From the NCBI GenBank assembly GCA_041577935.1, contig JBFGIA010000001.1, positions 1 to 58,725 of the forward strand: a stretch of 58,725 nt of DNA, in the 5' to 3' direction. Positions 1-9,789 of this stretch are shown one piece after another. This DNA comes from Gemmatimonadota bacterium. GTDB taxonomy: Bacteria; Gemmatimonadota; Gemmatimonadetes; JACCXV01; JAHWKZ01. The notes beneath the pieces were generated by a model that saw nothing but the letters and a program-made list of their open reading frames with translations, did no database searches and was not told where the DNA came from. A program made the translations under genes and the position numbers. Within the stretch, counting starts at the first letter, position 1. Each line of letters begins with the position of its first letter.

Positions 1-1285
1 GCGCGACCAGCGGCAAGAACCCGGTCCAGAACTTGGCCCACAACATCTCCCCGGTCGTGAGCGGGCTGGTCTGAAGCAGCCACAGCGTCTGCCCCTCGAG
101 ACTCACTCCAGGAAGAACGAATCGGGCCGCCAATGCTGTGACGACGAAGCCGACCAGGCCGATGTTCAAGAACGCCAGCAGGTCTCGCAACAAGTAGCCG
201 GTCCCACCGGCGGCATCCAGGGGCAGCACCCTGAAGTTGTACAGATAGATTGCGATCACAGCGAGCAGGAGAAAAAGCTGTGACCATTGTCCGGGGTCAC
301 GAAAAAACGTCGAGACATCCTTCACGATCATCGCTTGCACGCGTCGTGGAAACGGACGTACCAACAACTGCAACGTACGACGCCACCACAACCGGCGCGT
401 CCACTGGACTTGTCGCGCTTCCTGCGATTTCGAGTAACCGGTTCGGAACATCTCGCGAAACACGCCCGCAGCGGCGAGCGTCGATACCATTGCTCCGATC
501 ACCAGCAACGAGCCATACAACGTAACTGCATCCCAATGCACAGCGTTGTATACGCCCAGCACTTCCCCCAGGACACGCGCTGCCCAATACGAAGGCAACC
601 ACGGAAGCGTGGGGTTCGAAAGCGAGACCAGGTACTCGGCCCACGTCCCGAAGTCCTCGGGCCGCACGAACTCCTCGGGTCGGAACGCGCGCAGAAGAAT
701 AACGATGGCGGCTATGAACATGAGCGCAACCAGCGACAGCAAATCTCGCGCGCGACGAGCGGGAAACAGATTCACCAATGCGACGGCAACCAAGACGCCT
801 ATCGATGTCGCGATCGCGACACAGCATCCGACGGCCACAACCAGCGCGGCGTAGTAGGTCCAACCAGCGCCAAAGACCACCCCGTAGGCCACCCATACCG
901 GAATGGCCAGAAAGACGGCTGTCCAGGACGCCAGCGTGGCGACCTCGACGAGCTTCACACGGAACAATCTGCGCAAGGGAATCGGCGCCGCGAGCCACAT
1001 CGGGAGATCGCGCGCCAAAAAGATTTGAGTCACCGCCGTAATCAGCGCCGAGAAAGCGAGAAACGACAACCAGAGCAGAAACAAGAGTGCCAGGAGCTTG
1101 GCAGCCAAAACCCGACCCAAGTCTGGATCGACGCTCGCGAAGTGATCCAGCACCCGAACCATCACCAGATAGAAAGCGGCCCAAAAAACGAGCCCTAGCA
1201 CGATCGGTACACTGATCCGGTGAATCCCGCCGGGTCGCTGCTCGCGCTTCAATCCCGCGAGTCGGGGATAGAACAGGGTCGTCAC
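1..1285 (-). CDS. ABC exporter permease (polytopic membrane subunit); 3' end runs off the window
   Basis: Not in the ORF track because there is no stop inside the window. The reverse frame reads (GTG)TTLFYPRLAGLKREQRPGGIHRISVPIVLGLVFWAAFYLVMV...GEMLWAKFWTGFLPLVA, with repeated hydrophobic helices. The GTG at 1285 overlaps the TGA stop of the upstream ATPase gene (GTGA). Confidence 0.7.
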   Translation of the reverse strand, partial: MTTLFYPRLAGLKREQRPGGIHRISVPIVLGLVFWAAFYLVMVRVLDHFASVDPDLGRVLAAKLLALLFLLWLSFLAFSALITAVTQIFLARDLPMWLAAPIPLRRLFRVKLVEVATLASWTAVFLAIPVWVAYGVVFGAGWTYYAALVVAVGCCVAIATSIGVLVAVALVNLFPARRARDLLSLVALMFIAAIVILLRAFRPEEFVRPEDFGTWAEYLVSLSNPTLPWLPSYWAARVLGEVLGVYNAVHWDAVTLYGSLLVIGAMVSTLAAAGVFREMFRTGYSKSQEARQVQWTRRLWWRRTLQLLVRPFPRRVQAMIVKDVSTFFRDPGQWSQLFLLLAVIAIYLYNFRVLPLDAAGGTGYLLRDLLAFLNIGLVGFVVTALAARFVLPGVSLEGQTLWLLQTSPLTTGEMLWAKFWTGFLPLVA

Positions 1286-2040
1286 ACCAGGGAGGGCTCG
1301 CCGACCGGCCCACCGCCTTCGGTCAGCCCCAGGAAGATTTCCTCGAGCGAGCTGTCTTCCCGACGCGCTTCACGACGCAGTTCGTCGATCGTTCCGCGGG
1401 TGATGATCTCTCCGCGATGGATGATCGCGACCCGCGTGCACAGCGCCTCGGCTATCTCGAGCGTGTGGGTCGAGAGAAACACCGTGTGACCCTTTGCGGT
1501 GAGGTTGGAAAACAGCGTTTTCATCCGGCTCTGGCTACGTGGATCGAGGCCCACGGTGGGCTCATCGATGATGATGATCTCGGGCTCGTGCAGCAGCGCC
1601 GACGTCATGGCCAGCTTCTGTCGCATTCCATGGCTATAGGCTTCGACGAGCTCGTCGATCCACTCACCCAGTTCGAACCGCTCGATCAAGTCGCGTGAGC
1701 GTTCGCGGACCGTCGCCGGACTCAAGTCGTACAGATGCCCCACAAACTCCAGGAACTCCGATCCGGTTAGCTTGTCGTACAGGAAGGGCCGGTCGGGGAC
1801 AAAGCCGACTCGACGTTTGACCTCGTAGGGGTCCTCTACGACGTCGTACCCCGCGACCTCGACCCGACCACTGGACGGCAAGAGGAGACCCGTCATGATC
1901 TTGATGGTCGTCGTCTTGCCCGCACCGTTGGGTCCCAGGAAGCCGAAGAGCTCACCCGGCTCGACGTCGAGCGAGATCCCCCGTAGCACCGGAAACGCGC
2001 CATAAGATTTGGTCAGATCGGTAACGACGATGCCGCTCAA
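1282..2040 (-). CDS. ABC transporter ATP-binding protein (ABC-2 type)
   Basis: Walker A GPNGAGKTTT, Walker B IIIIDEPTVGLD, H-loop LSTHTLE. The longest ORF reaches 2112 but overlaps the upstream gene. TTG at 2040 gives the typical N-terminus MSGIVVTDLTKSYG. Confidence 0.9.
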   Translation of the reverse strand: MSGIVVTDLTKSYGAFPVLRGISLDVEPGELFGFLGPNGAGKTTTIKIMTGLLLPSSGRVEVAGYDVVEDPYEVKRRVGFVPDRPFLYDKLTGSEFLEFVGHLYDLSPATVRERSRDLIERFELGEWIDELVEAYSHGMRQKLAMTSALLHEPEIIIIDEPTVGLDPRSQSRMKTLFSNLTAKGHTVFLSTHTLEIAEALCTRVAIIHRGEIITRGTIDELRREARREDSSLEEIFLGLTEGGGPVGEPSLV

Positions 2041-2063
2041 TGGCTCTGAGTCCTGCCGAGGGG

Positions 2064-2666
2064 TTACCGCGACTCGCGGCAATCGATCAGATCGTTCTCC
2101 GTCACGATCCAATCGACTCGCTGGTCGCGTTCGGTATGTGGAACCCTCTCAACAACTTGCAAGGAGAATGCCAACCCCACCCTCGGGGCCGAGACCGAGG
2201 CCAGCCAGCGGTCGTAGAACCCGCCTCCGAGGCCGAGCCTGTGCCCCGAGCGGTCAAACGCGACGCCCGGCACGATGATCAGGTCGAACTCGTCCTCGGA
2301 AACGCGATCGGCTCGACTGGGATCGGGCTCCCAGAGCCCGGCCGGGGTGAGCTTCAGCTCATCCAGCGAGCTGATCTCGAGCCCGACCATTCCCGGCGGC
2401 TTGAACGTCACGATTGCAGGGGCCGCGACCCGCTTGCCATCGGCTAGCGCGAGGATCGCTAGCTCGTGGGTCGGCACCTCGCCCGGAAGGGCCCCGATGT
2501 AGAGATGGAGTGTGCCCGCCTGGCGGAACTGCTCGAGCGCGACCAGCCGATCGGTGATCGCCTGCCCCCGTGCTGCCAGGAGGCGCGGATCGAGTTCCGA
2601 GCGAGCCTGCAGCATGCGTTTTCTGAGCGCACTCTTGGCCGCCGCCACGACATCGCGATCGGCCAT
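2064..2666 (-). CDS. 5-formyltetrahydrofolate cyclo-ligase
   Basis: About 200 aa. N-terminal LRKRMLQARSEL and C-terminal GVAFDRSGHRLGLGGGFYDRWL are typical of the MTHFS family. Confidence 0.85.
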   Translation of the reverse strand: MADRDVVAAAKSALRKRMLQARSELDPRLLAARGQAITDRLVALEQFRQAGTLHLYIGALPGEVPTHELAILALADGKRVAAPAIVTFKPPGMVGLEISSLDELKLTPAGLWEPDPSRADRVSEDEFDLIIVPGVAFDRSGHRLGLGGGFYDRWLASVSAPRVGLAFSLQVVERVPHTERDQRVDWIVTENDLIDCRESR

Positions 2667-2679
2667 GGGTTGGTCTGGG

Positions 2680-4092
2680 CTACGTCCGTTTGACGTGAAT
2701 GGTCAATCCGTCGACGGCGGTGACTTCGACCTCGGTCCCGGGCTCGAGCGGCTCATCGGCCCGGGCCTTCCACAGCTCGCCGTGCACGAGAACCTGACCC
2801 GTGGGATCGATTCCCCGGCGCACCACACCGCACTCGCCCACCAACCCCTCGCGGCCGGTTGTCGGTTGCGTCCGCCAAGTACGGTAAGCCAACCCGAGAG
2901 CGATCACAAAGAACGCAGCCGTCACGACTACAGCCGGCACGATCACGCTCCAGCTGACCCGGAAGAAGGAACCCGGTGCATCGAACAACATTGTAGCCCC
3001 CAACACAAACGATATAACCCCACCGACGGTCAGCAATCCGAAGCTCACGATCTTCACCTCGGCGATGAATAAGACCAGCGAAAACAGGAGCAGCAGCACA
3101 CCGACGTAGTTCACCGGTAGCGCCTGAAGGGCGAAAAACGCCAGCAGCAGCGAGATCACCCCCACCACGCCAGGCAATATCGATCCCGGGTTCATGAGCT
3201 CGAAGAAAATGCCGTAAATGCCGATCAACATCAGGATGAACGCGATGTTGGGATTGGCGATCGCGTCCAGGATCCGAAACCGCATGCCCTTCGGGATGTC
3301 CCGGATCTCGGCCTGGGCGGTGGCCAGCGTGACGGTACGATCCAGCACCTCGATCTCGCGGCCGTCGATCTCATCCAGCAGCTTGGCGAGGTTAGGTACC
3401 ACCAGATCGATGACATTTAGCTCAAGCGCTTCGGTCTCGGTGATCGCGTCGGCCTCGCGCACTGCGCGCTCGGCCCACTCGGCGTTGCGACCCCGTTTCT
3501 CGGCGATCGTCCGAATGAACGCCACCGTGTCGTTCAAGATCTTGCGCTCGAGATCGCTCTGGCCCTCGGTCTGCTCCTCGGCCACGGAGTCTGCCGGCGC
3601 CGGTCCACCCGGTGAGAAATCCCCGCCGCCGATGTTGATCGGCGTCGCCGCACCGATGTTCGTACCCGGCGCCATCGCAGCCACGTGCGCAGCAAGCGTG
3701 ATGAAAACCCCGGCCGACCCGGCGCGCGCCCCACCAGGTGAGACATATACGACCACCGGAACGCGGCTGCCCAGCATGGCTTGAATGATGTCGCGTGTCG
3801 AATCGACCAGGCCGCCGGGCGTGTCGAGCTCGATGATCAACGCGTCGGCGCGCTCGTCGCCCGCCTTGGCGATGGCGTTGACGAGAAACTCCGCCGACGC
3901 GGGCTGAATGGCGCCATCGATCTCGACCCGGTACACGAACACGCGGTCGGGTTCTGCGGCTGTCGTATCTGGCTCTGCAGCCGTCGTATCCGACCCTGTG
4001 GCGGTCGTACCCTGGGCTGCCGCCGGGCGCGCGGCCAACAACAGCGTGAACGCGGCAAGCACCACACCGAGCAGTCTGGAGGCTGACCTCAT
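2680..4092 (-). CDS. NfeD-family membrane-bound serine protease (ClpP-like domain + TM block + C-terminal OB domain)
   Basis: Signal peptide ending AAAQG, ClpP-class core YVSPGGARAGSAGVFITLAAHVAAMAPGTNIGAATPI, a multi-TM region, and a C-terminal NfeD beta-barrel (GQVLVHGELWKARA). Confidence 0.85.
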   Translation of the reverse strand: MRSASRLLGVVLAAFTLLLAARPAAAQGTTATGSDTTAAEPDTTAAEPDRVFVYRVEIDGAIQPASAEFLVNAIAKAGDERADALIIELDTPGGLVDSTRDIIQAMLGSRVPVVVYVSPGGARAGSAGVFITLAAHVAAMAPGTNIGAATPINIGGGDFSPGGPAPADSVAEEQTEGQSDLERKILNDTVAFIRTIAEKRGRNAEWAERAVREADAITETEALELNVIDLVVPNLAKLLDEIDGREIEVLDRTVTLATAQAEIRDIPKGMRFRILDAIANPNIAFILMLIGIYGIFFELMNPGSILPGVVGVISLLLAFFALQALPVNYVGVLLLLFSLVLFIAEVKIVSFGLLTVGGVISFVLGATMLFDAPGSFFRVSWSVIVPAVVVTAAFFVIALGLAYRTWRTQPTTGREGLVGECGVVRRGIDPTGQVLVHGELWKARADEPLEPGTEVEVTAVDGLTIHVKRT

Positions 4093-4122
4093 GTGTACAG
4101 AAGGTAATGATATATTCGTGCC

Positions 4123-5835
4123 ATGCGTAATCTGATAGCACTGGGGTTGCTGGTCACATCGCTAACCGGTTCGAAGGCCCTGGCGCAGCAACCGCGGTGG
4201 TGGTCACCAGTCGTCGCCGAAAACGCGATGGTGGTGAGCGCCAAGAGCGAGGCGACACGGGTCGGCGTAGAGATCCTACGCCGCGGGGGAAACGCCGTTG
4301 ACGCGGCGATCGCGGTACACTTCGCGCTCGCTGTCGCCCTGCCGTCGGCTGGCAACCTCGGCGGCGGCGGGTTTCTCGTCGTTCGGACGTCAGATGGCGC
4401 GGTCCACACCTACGATTACCGGGAGACCGCACCCTTGGCGGCTAGCGAGGACATGTACCTGGACGAGCTCGGGGAGGTGAGGCCGGACAATCCGTCGTGG
4501 TTTGGCGCGCTTGCCGTGGCCACACCCGGATCGGTCGCCGGGATGAAGCTCGTTCACGAACGCCACGCGACGCTGCCCTGGGCGGACCTCATCCGACCAG
4601 CGATCGAGTTGGCCGAGCGGGGCTTTGCGGTCGACTCATACTCGCGTCGGTTGATCGGCGGCAAGATCGACGACATCCGACGTTTCCCCGGCGCCGCGGC
4701 GATCCTACTCCCGACCGGTCAACTGCCGGCAGTCGGAGACACCCTCCGCCAGCCCGCGCTCGCGCGTACGCTCCGGCTGATCGCGACTCGTGGGCCGGAC
4801 GTCCTCTACCACGGCGAGATCGCCGACTCGATCGTCGGGGCGATGGAACGCCGTGGAGGCTTGATCACTCACGAAGACTTGCGCCGGTATCGCGCCGTAG
4901 AGCGACCTCCGATCACGTTCGATTACCGCGGTTACACCGTTCACAGCATGGGTCCGCCATCTTCAGGTGGGATCACCCTCAAGCTCATCCTCGAGCAGCT
5001 CGAGACGATCGAACTCGGCGCATACCCGTATCATGGCGCGCGCGCGGTTCACCGCATCGTCGAGGCGATGCGACGCGCGTTTGCCGAGCGCAACGCGCTG
5101 CTTGGCGATCCTGATTTTGTCGACATCCCGGAATCGATTTTGACTGAATCGTACGCGTACGATCTCGCGGCTTCGATCGACACGCTGCGCGCCACATCGT
5201 CCATCGATATCCGTCCTGAGCTCAGCGCATCATCGGCCCGGGTCACGGCGGAGAGCACCGAGACGACACACTTCTCTATCGTCGATCCGATGGGGAACGC
5301 GGTCGCATCCACGACCACCATCAACGGCTCGTTCGGATCGCTGGAGACCGTCGCCGGCTTCTTTCTCAACAACGAGATGGACGATCTGACCGTGAAGCCC
5401 GGCGTACCAAACGCGTACGGGCTCGTACAAGGGCCATCGAACGCCATCCGGCCCGGCAAAAGACCGCTATCGGCGATGACACCGACGATCGTTGTACAGA
5501 ACGAAGACCCGAGGTTCGTCGTTGGCTCCCCCGGTGGCTCGACGATCATCACAACCGTCGCACAGATCCTCATCGGCGCGATCGATTACGACATGACGCT
5601 GGCTGAAGCGCTCGACGCTGGCCGGTTCCATCATCAGCACCTGCCGGACACGATTCGAGCCGAGCCGTGGACTCTTTCCGAAGATACGGTGAACCAACTC
5701 GAGTCGATGGGACATCGCGTAGAGACGAGGCGCGGCTACTCTGGCCGTGCCCAGGGGATCGAGCTGGGGCTCGAGACTGGCCTCCTGTATGGGCGGAGCG
5801 ACCTCCGTGGCGGGGGCGAAGCGGCTGGGTTCTAG
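4123..5835 (+). CDS. ggt: gamma-glutamyltranspeptidase
   Basis: 570 aa with a signal peptide. Autoprocessing/catalytic region TTHFSIVDPMGNAVASTTTINGSFGS and C-terminal GGSTIITTVAQ. Confidence 0.95.
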   Translation: MRNLIALGLLVTSLTGSKALAQQPRWWSPVVAENAMVVSAKSEATRVGVEILRRGGNAVDAAIAVHFALAVALPSAGNLGGGGFLVVRTSDGAVHTYDYRETAPLAASEDMYLDELGEVRPDNPSWFGALAVATPGSVAGMKLVHERHATLPWADLIRPAIELAERGFAVDSYSRRLIGGKIDDIRRFPGAAAILLPTGQLPAVGDTLRQPALARTLRLIATRGPDVLYHGEIADSIVGAMERRGGLITHEDLRRYRAVERPPITFDYRGYTVHSMGPPSSGGITLKLILEQLETIELGAYPYHGARAVHRIVEAMRRAFAERNALLGDPDFVDIPESILTESYAYDLAASIDTLRATSSIDIRPELSASSARVTAESTETTHFSIVDPMGNAVASTTTINGSFGSLETVAGFFLNNEMDDLTVKPGVPNAYGLVQGPSNAIRPGKRPLSAMTPTIVVQNEDPRFVVGSPGGSTIITTVAQILIGAIDYDMTLAEALDAGRFHHQHLPDTIRAEPWTLSEDTVNQLESMGHRVETRRGYSGRAQGIELGLETGLLYGRSDLRGGGEAAGF

Positions 5836-6026
5836 CGCTTGAAGACACCGGGCTCGACATGCAGCCCGTGGGCTTCGAAAACTTCGATCACCTGATCGCC
5901 GACCAGTACTCCGCTGTCGGCGATGCGTTTCAGGGTTTGCAGATAGGTCGGTGAGTCCGCCAGCCGTTCGACCGCTTGCAGAAACAACACGCCCAGAAAA
6001 CCGCTTTGCTTGCGGAACATCGGCAA
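5832..6026 (-). CDS. small hypothetical protein (about 62-64 aa)
   Basis: Fills the gap between two genes. GC3-rich codon usage like its neighbours. No recognisable family. Confidence 0.3.
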   Translation of the reverse strand: MPMFRKQSGFLGVLFLQAVERLADSPTYLQTLKRIADSGVLVGDQVIEVFEAHGLHVEPGVFKR

Positions 6027-6067
6027 TCACTCATCCGCGGCGAACGTCTCGTACTCGACGACCCGAG

Positions 6068-6991
6068 CTAGGGCGCGTTCGACGGCTCGCTGATTTTGGG
6101 AAGCGACGTGCGGATCGGGACGCTGAGCACCACGGTGAGTAGGGTGCCGCTGGGCACGATGACTTCGCGGTCGGGTGTCGACGCGACAAGCGTCGCGCCA
6201 GCCACACCGCCCAGAATCGTCCCGACGAGGACCGACCTGGAACCGCCGCCCAATACCTGACCCAGCAGCGCTCCCGTCAGGGCGCCCTTGGCGGCGCCCG
6301 CCACCCGGTCACCACCGGCGTTATCATCGATCTCTGCCTCGAGCTCATCGGCTACAGGATCCACAAGCTCGGCCCTGAAAGGGCGCCGTTCACCCGATGG
6401 CAGGATCAGCGACCGAAACTCGAGTTCGACCTGCGCCGGTTGCTCGTCGTCACCCTCGTCGGCTCTCACAACCCGGCTGACTCGGCCCTCGACCAAAGTG
6501 TGGGCCGGCAGCACGATCGTATCACCGACTTGTACGTCATCGGTGAGCCGAGCAGCAAAGCGGTCTCCGACGAGCGTGGTCGCCGTATGGAGTGGCGTCC
6601 TCAGCTCGAGTTCGAGTTGCGTTCCCTCGGGCAGAGCCGGATCGGGGGTCGTTGACTCGGCCGCTTCTTCGATCATGGTAGCGACCGTGTCGGGCTCTCC
6701 GGCCAGGGTGCCGTGGGGCACCTCGGAAATGTCGACGGATCTCGGTCCCAGGTCTTCCAAGTCGGCGGGGGACGCCGACCGCTCGACGATGACGACCTCT
6801 TCGATCGGTCCTGGAGCTGGCGGGGCGACCGCCGGAATGGTGTCCAACAACGCCCGGACCACGGCGGTCGAGTCGGCCTCGACAACGATCGTGCGGCCGG
6901 GTTCGTGCTGACATCCGAGCGCGACCGCGACCACGACCGCGACGAAGCCGGGCTGGCCACGGACCGCTCGCTTCAGGAGCTTACGGCGCAT
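6068..6991 (-). CDS. lipoprotein with C-terminal glycine-zipper segment
   Basis: MRRKLLKRAV...AVALGC lipobox. C-terminus GAAKGALTGALLGQVLGGGSRSVLVGTILGGVAGATLV. The longest ORF starts at 7012. Confidence 0.6.
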   Translation of the reverse strand: MRRKLLKRAVRGQPGFVAVVVAVALGCQHEPGRTIVVEADSTAVVRALLDTIPAVAPPAPGPIEEVVIVERSASPADLEDLGPRSVDISEVPHGTLAGEPDTVATMIEEAAESTTPDPALPEGTQLELELRTPLHTATTLVGDRFAARLTDDVQVGDTIVLPAHTLVEGRVSRVVRADEGDDEQPAQVELEFRSLILPSGERRPFRAELVDPVADELEAEIDDNAGGDRVAGAAKGALTGALLGQVLGGGSRSVLVGTILGGVAGATLVASTPDREVIVPSGTLLTVVLSVPIRTSLPKISEPSNAP

Positions 6992-8732
6992 GCATCCTCT
7001 TCGTTCGCTCATTCCATATGTTCAACCGTATCGGAGATCCCTTGTCTGGGGGGCGATCTGTATAGCCCTCAGCGCCGGGTTTGGTTCCCTCAGCCCGATC
7101 GTGGTCAAGCTCGCAGTCGATGCGCTCCAAACCGAGGCAAACTGGACCACGCTTTCTGTCTACGCTGGAGCGATCGTCGCAATCGCAGCGATCCAAGGCG
7201 TCTTTCGGTACGCCCAACGACACTTGGTCTACGGCGCTTCGCGAAAGATCGAAACCGATCTGCGTGACGATCTATACGTCAATCTGTTGAGACAATCGCC
7301 GGCGTTTTTTGATCGCTTGCCGACGGGCGACGTCTTGAGTCGTCTCTCCAACGATCTCGGCGCCGTCCGCATGAGCTTGGGCCCGGGCATTCTGTTTGGT
7401 GTCAATACCGTCGCCACGATCGCGCTCGCGATCGCGTTCATGCTCTGGCTCGACCCGTGGCTGACCCTCTTCGCGCTGCTGCCGCTGCCATTCGTTTCGG
7501 TGACGGTCAAGCTAATGGGCCAGCGAATCCATCGCCTGAGCCTCGTCAGTCAGACGGCGCTCGCTGCGCTGACGACAACCGCCCAAGAGAATCTGGCCGG
7601 CCTCAGAGTGGTCCGCGCCTACGGTTTGGGTGGCAGCGAGGAGGAACGTTTTGACGCCCGGAGCGAGGAGTACGCTTTGGCAAACCTGAGGCTGGCTCGA
7701 GTTCGGGCTGTTTTGGGTCCGGCGCTCGGTTTCCTGCTCGGCCTGAGCCTGCTGATCTTGCTCTGGCTAGGGGGCCGCCGCGTCGTGGCAGGACACATGA
7801 CGCTCGGTGACCTGGTGGCGTTCTTGATGTACCTGGGGATGATCAGTTGGCCGCTGATCGCGTTCGGCTGGATCGCCAACCTGATACAGCGCTCGACTGC
7901 AGCGATGCGACGGCTCAACGCGGTTCTGCTCGCCGTGCCAACCATCGACGACGCTGACGCCGACCGATCGGCGACGATTACCGCTGGGAGCATCGCTCTC
8001 GATAACGTGGTCTTCCGCTACCATCCGGATCGACCTCCCGTCTTGGACGGCTTCAACCTATCGATACCCGCCGGAGCGACCATCGGTATCACCGGATCGA
8101 CGGGCAGTGGCAAGACCACACTTCTGCGGCTGATCACCCGGTTGTACGAGGCGCAGGCGGGGACGGTCGAGATCGATGGCCGCCCAATCCGAGACTACCC
8201 GCTCGATGAGCTGCGTCGCGCGGTCGCGGTCGCTCAACAGGAACCACTCTTGTTTGGCGACACGCTGAAAGCAAACCTGGAGTTTGGCAGCTCGGTCGAC
8301 AGTGAGCTGTCGCTCGAAGAGGCGACGTCGATCAGCGGGTTGGCCAAAGAGGTGCAATCGTTTCCAAACCGGTACGAGACCGTCGTTGGGGAGCGGGGAG
8401 TCACGCTATCAGGAGGACAGAAACAGCGCGCGGCGCTGGCTCGAGCGGTGCTAGCCGAACCGACGATCCTGCTGCTCGACGACGCATTCTCTTCGGTCGA
8501 CACAGAGACCGAGGAAAGGATCTTGAGTCGCCTCGAGACGTTTATGAACAACCGGACGACCCTGCTCGTCAGCCATCGCGTATCAACGCTGAGGTTTGCC
8601 GATTCCATTGTCGTCCTCGAGCAGGGTCGCATCGCCGAGAGCGGCACTCACGATGAGCTGCTGGCGGCTGGCGGGCGGTACGCGGAGCTATACCACCGGC
8701 AACAGCTGGAAGCAGCACTGGAAGAGGCTTAA
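6990..8732 (+). CDS. ABC exporter, fused permease/ATPase half-transporter (MdlA-like)
   Basis: Six-TM type I exporter domain followed by Walker A GSTGSGKTT, signature LSGGQKQR and Walker B LLLDDAFS. Confidence 0.9.
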   Translation: MHPLRSLIPYVQPYRRSLVWGAICIALSAGFGSLSPIVVKLAVDALQTEANWTTLSVYAGAIVAIAAIQGVFRYAQRHLVYGASRKIETDLRDDLYVNLLRQSPAFFDRLPTGDVLSRLSNDLGAVRMSLGPGILFGVNTVATIALAIAFMLWLDPWLTLFALLPLPFVSVTVKLMGQRIHRLSLVSQTALAALTTTAQENLAGLRVVRAYGLGGSEEERFDARSEEYALANLRLARVRAVLGPALGFLLGLSLLILLWLGGRRVVAGHMTLGDLVAFLMYLGMISWPLIAFGWIANLIQRSTAAMRRLNAVLLAVPTIDDADADRSATITAGSIALDNVVFRYHPDRPPVLDGFNLSIPAGATIGITGSTGSGKTTLLRLITRLYEAQAGTVEIDGRPIRDYPLDELRRAVAVAQQEPLLFGDTLKANLEFGSSVDSELSLEEATSISGLAKEVQSFPNRYETVVGERGVTLSGGQKQRAALARAVLAEPTILLLDDAFSSVDTETEERILSRLETFMNNRTTLLVSHRVSTLRFADSIVVLEQGRIAESGTHDELLAAGGRYAELYHRQQLEAALEEA

Positions 8733-8739
8733 CGGGAGT

Positions 8740-8765
8740 TTAGCCCCCCAGCTTAGCCCCCCAGC
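8740..8765. repeat. perfect 13-bp tandem duplication TTAGCCCCCCAGC x2
   Basis: Copies at 8740..8752 and 8753..8765 are identical. The second copy contains the dsbA-like stop codon and its last codons. Confidence 0.9.
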
Positions 8766-9472
8766 AACTCGTCGATGACTTCGGCGAAGACCTCGGCGGG
8801 CAGCGCGCCTTCGAGGCGTTGACCGTTCACAAAAAAGGTCGGGGTCCCGAGGATGTAGAACTTCTGCGCTTCCTTCAAATCGGTGGCCACCTCGGCGGCG
8901 TGATCGGCGTTTCGATAGCACGCCTCGAACTGCCCCTGGTCGACCTCGATCGCCCGTCCTGCAGCCGCTATCGCCTCGTCATTGGTACCGAACCGGCCGC
9001 TGAACATGGCGTCGTACCACTCCCAAAAGAGACCTTGCTCGTGGGCGCACTCGCCAGCCAGCGCGAGGTCGTACGCTCTGGGGTGGATCGATTGCAGCGG
9101 GTTGTTGACAAAGATCCAGCGGATCTTATCGCCGTACTGACGCCTCAGCGCAGGCGCCGTTTCGCGCGCAAACTTCTCGCAGAACGGACACTCGAAATCG
9201 GAGAACTCGACGATCGTGATCGGGGCGGTCTCGGGACCGAGCACCGGATCCGCACCGACATCAACGCCATGCACCAGCACAGACGGCTCGGGCGAGGTCC
9301 CGGCGGCCACAGCGGGGTCCGAGCTGGGGGTTCCGCGCCACGCCAGCCAGCCGATCCCGAGTCCGATCAGGATGCCCAGGACGAGCATGCTGGCAGCGGG
9401 TCCAAGACCCCGTTGACGACCCCCGACGGATGGGCTTCCGGGGGCGTCCGGTGTTACTGGCGAATCGTCCAC
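8753..9472 (-). CDS. DsbA-family thiol:disulfide oxidoreductase, N-terminally membrane anchored
   Basis: TM anchor MLVLGILIGLGIGWLAW. Thioredoxin-fold active site FECPFCEKF. Confidence 0.85.
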   Translation of the reverse strand: MDDSPVTPDAPGSPSVGGRQRGLGPAASMLVLGILIGLGIGWLAWRGTPSSDPAVAAGTSPEPSVLVHGVDVGADPVLGPETAPITIVEFSDFECPFCEKFARETAPALRRQYGDKIRWIFVNNPLQSIHPRAYDLALAGECAHEQGLFWEWYDAMFSGRFGTNDEAIAAAGRAIEVDQGQFEACYRNADHAAEVATDLKEAQKFYILGTPTFFVNGQRLEGALPAEVFAEVIDELLGG

Positions 9473-9789
9473 TCGTACTCTCCTCCCTCTTCGATCGTCA
9501 GCTTTGGCAATCCATAGTGGCGCTCGCTCACCCGCCCCACACCGTAGATTGTGACTTCGCGCGTGGGCAGGTTTCGGAACGTATACGCCGTGCCCGGCGG
9601 AACCGAATACAACTCTTCACCATCCAAATAGACCGTTACCGGCTCGTCGGCACTGTTCATGACCTTGAGCGAACCCAGCCGCTCGTCGATGCGAGCCTCA
9701 TCGACCACAGTTTCGCCGCTTTGCCGACACGCACCAGATGCCAAGATGGCAACGAGCAACCACGGTACAGCCACCGCCCGCACTCTCAT
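9454..9789 (-). CDS. small lipoprotein (111 aa)
   Basis: Internal ATG at 9789 gives MRVRAVAVPWLLVAILASGAC (lipobox). The long upstream part of ORF 9454..10290 is R/Q-rich junk antisense to the ABC gene. Confidence 0.55.
   Translation of the reverse strand: MRVRAVAVPWLLVAILASGACRQSGETVVDEARIDERLGSLKVMNSADEPVTVYLDGEELYSVPPGTAYTFRNLPTREVTIYGVGRVSERHYGLPKLTIEEGGEYEWTIRQ

Noticed and set aside
297-1313. 338-aa minus-strand ORF (and 287..1198 on plus) covering the left end of the window
   Set aside because: Arg/Gly/Ser-rich with no domain-like segments. A different minus-strand frame encodes a coherent polytopic permease coupled by GTGA to the ABC ATPase. These are GC-driven shadow ORFs.
5832-6067. 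TGA immediately upstream and in frame with the 64-aa ORF (…AADE-TGA-LPMFRKQ…) as a third Sec codon
   Set aside because: There is no ATG/GTG/TTG in the upstream frame before it runs into the preceding gene. There is no CxxU/UxxC-type context and no recognisable selenoprotein family.
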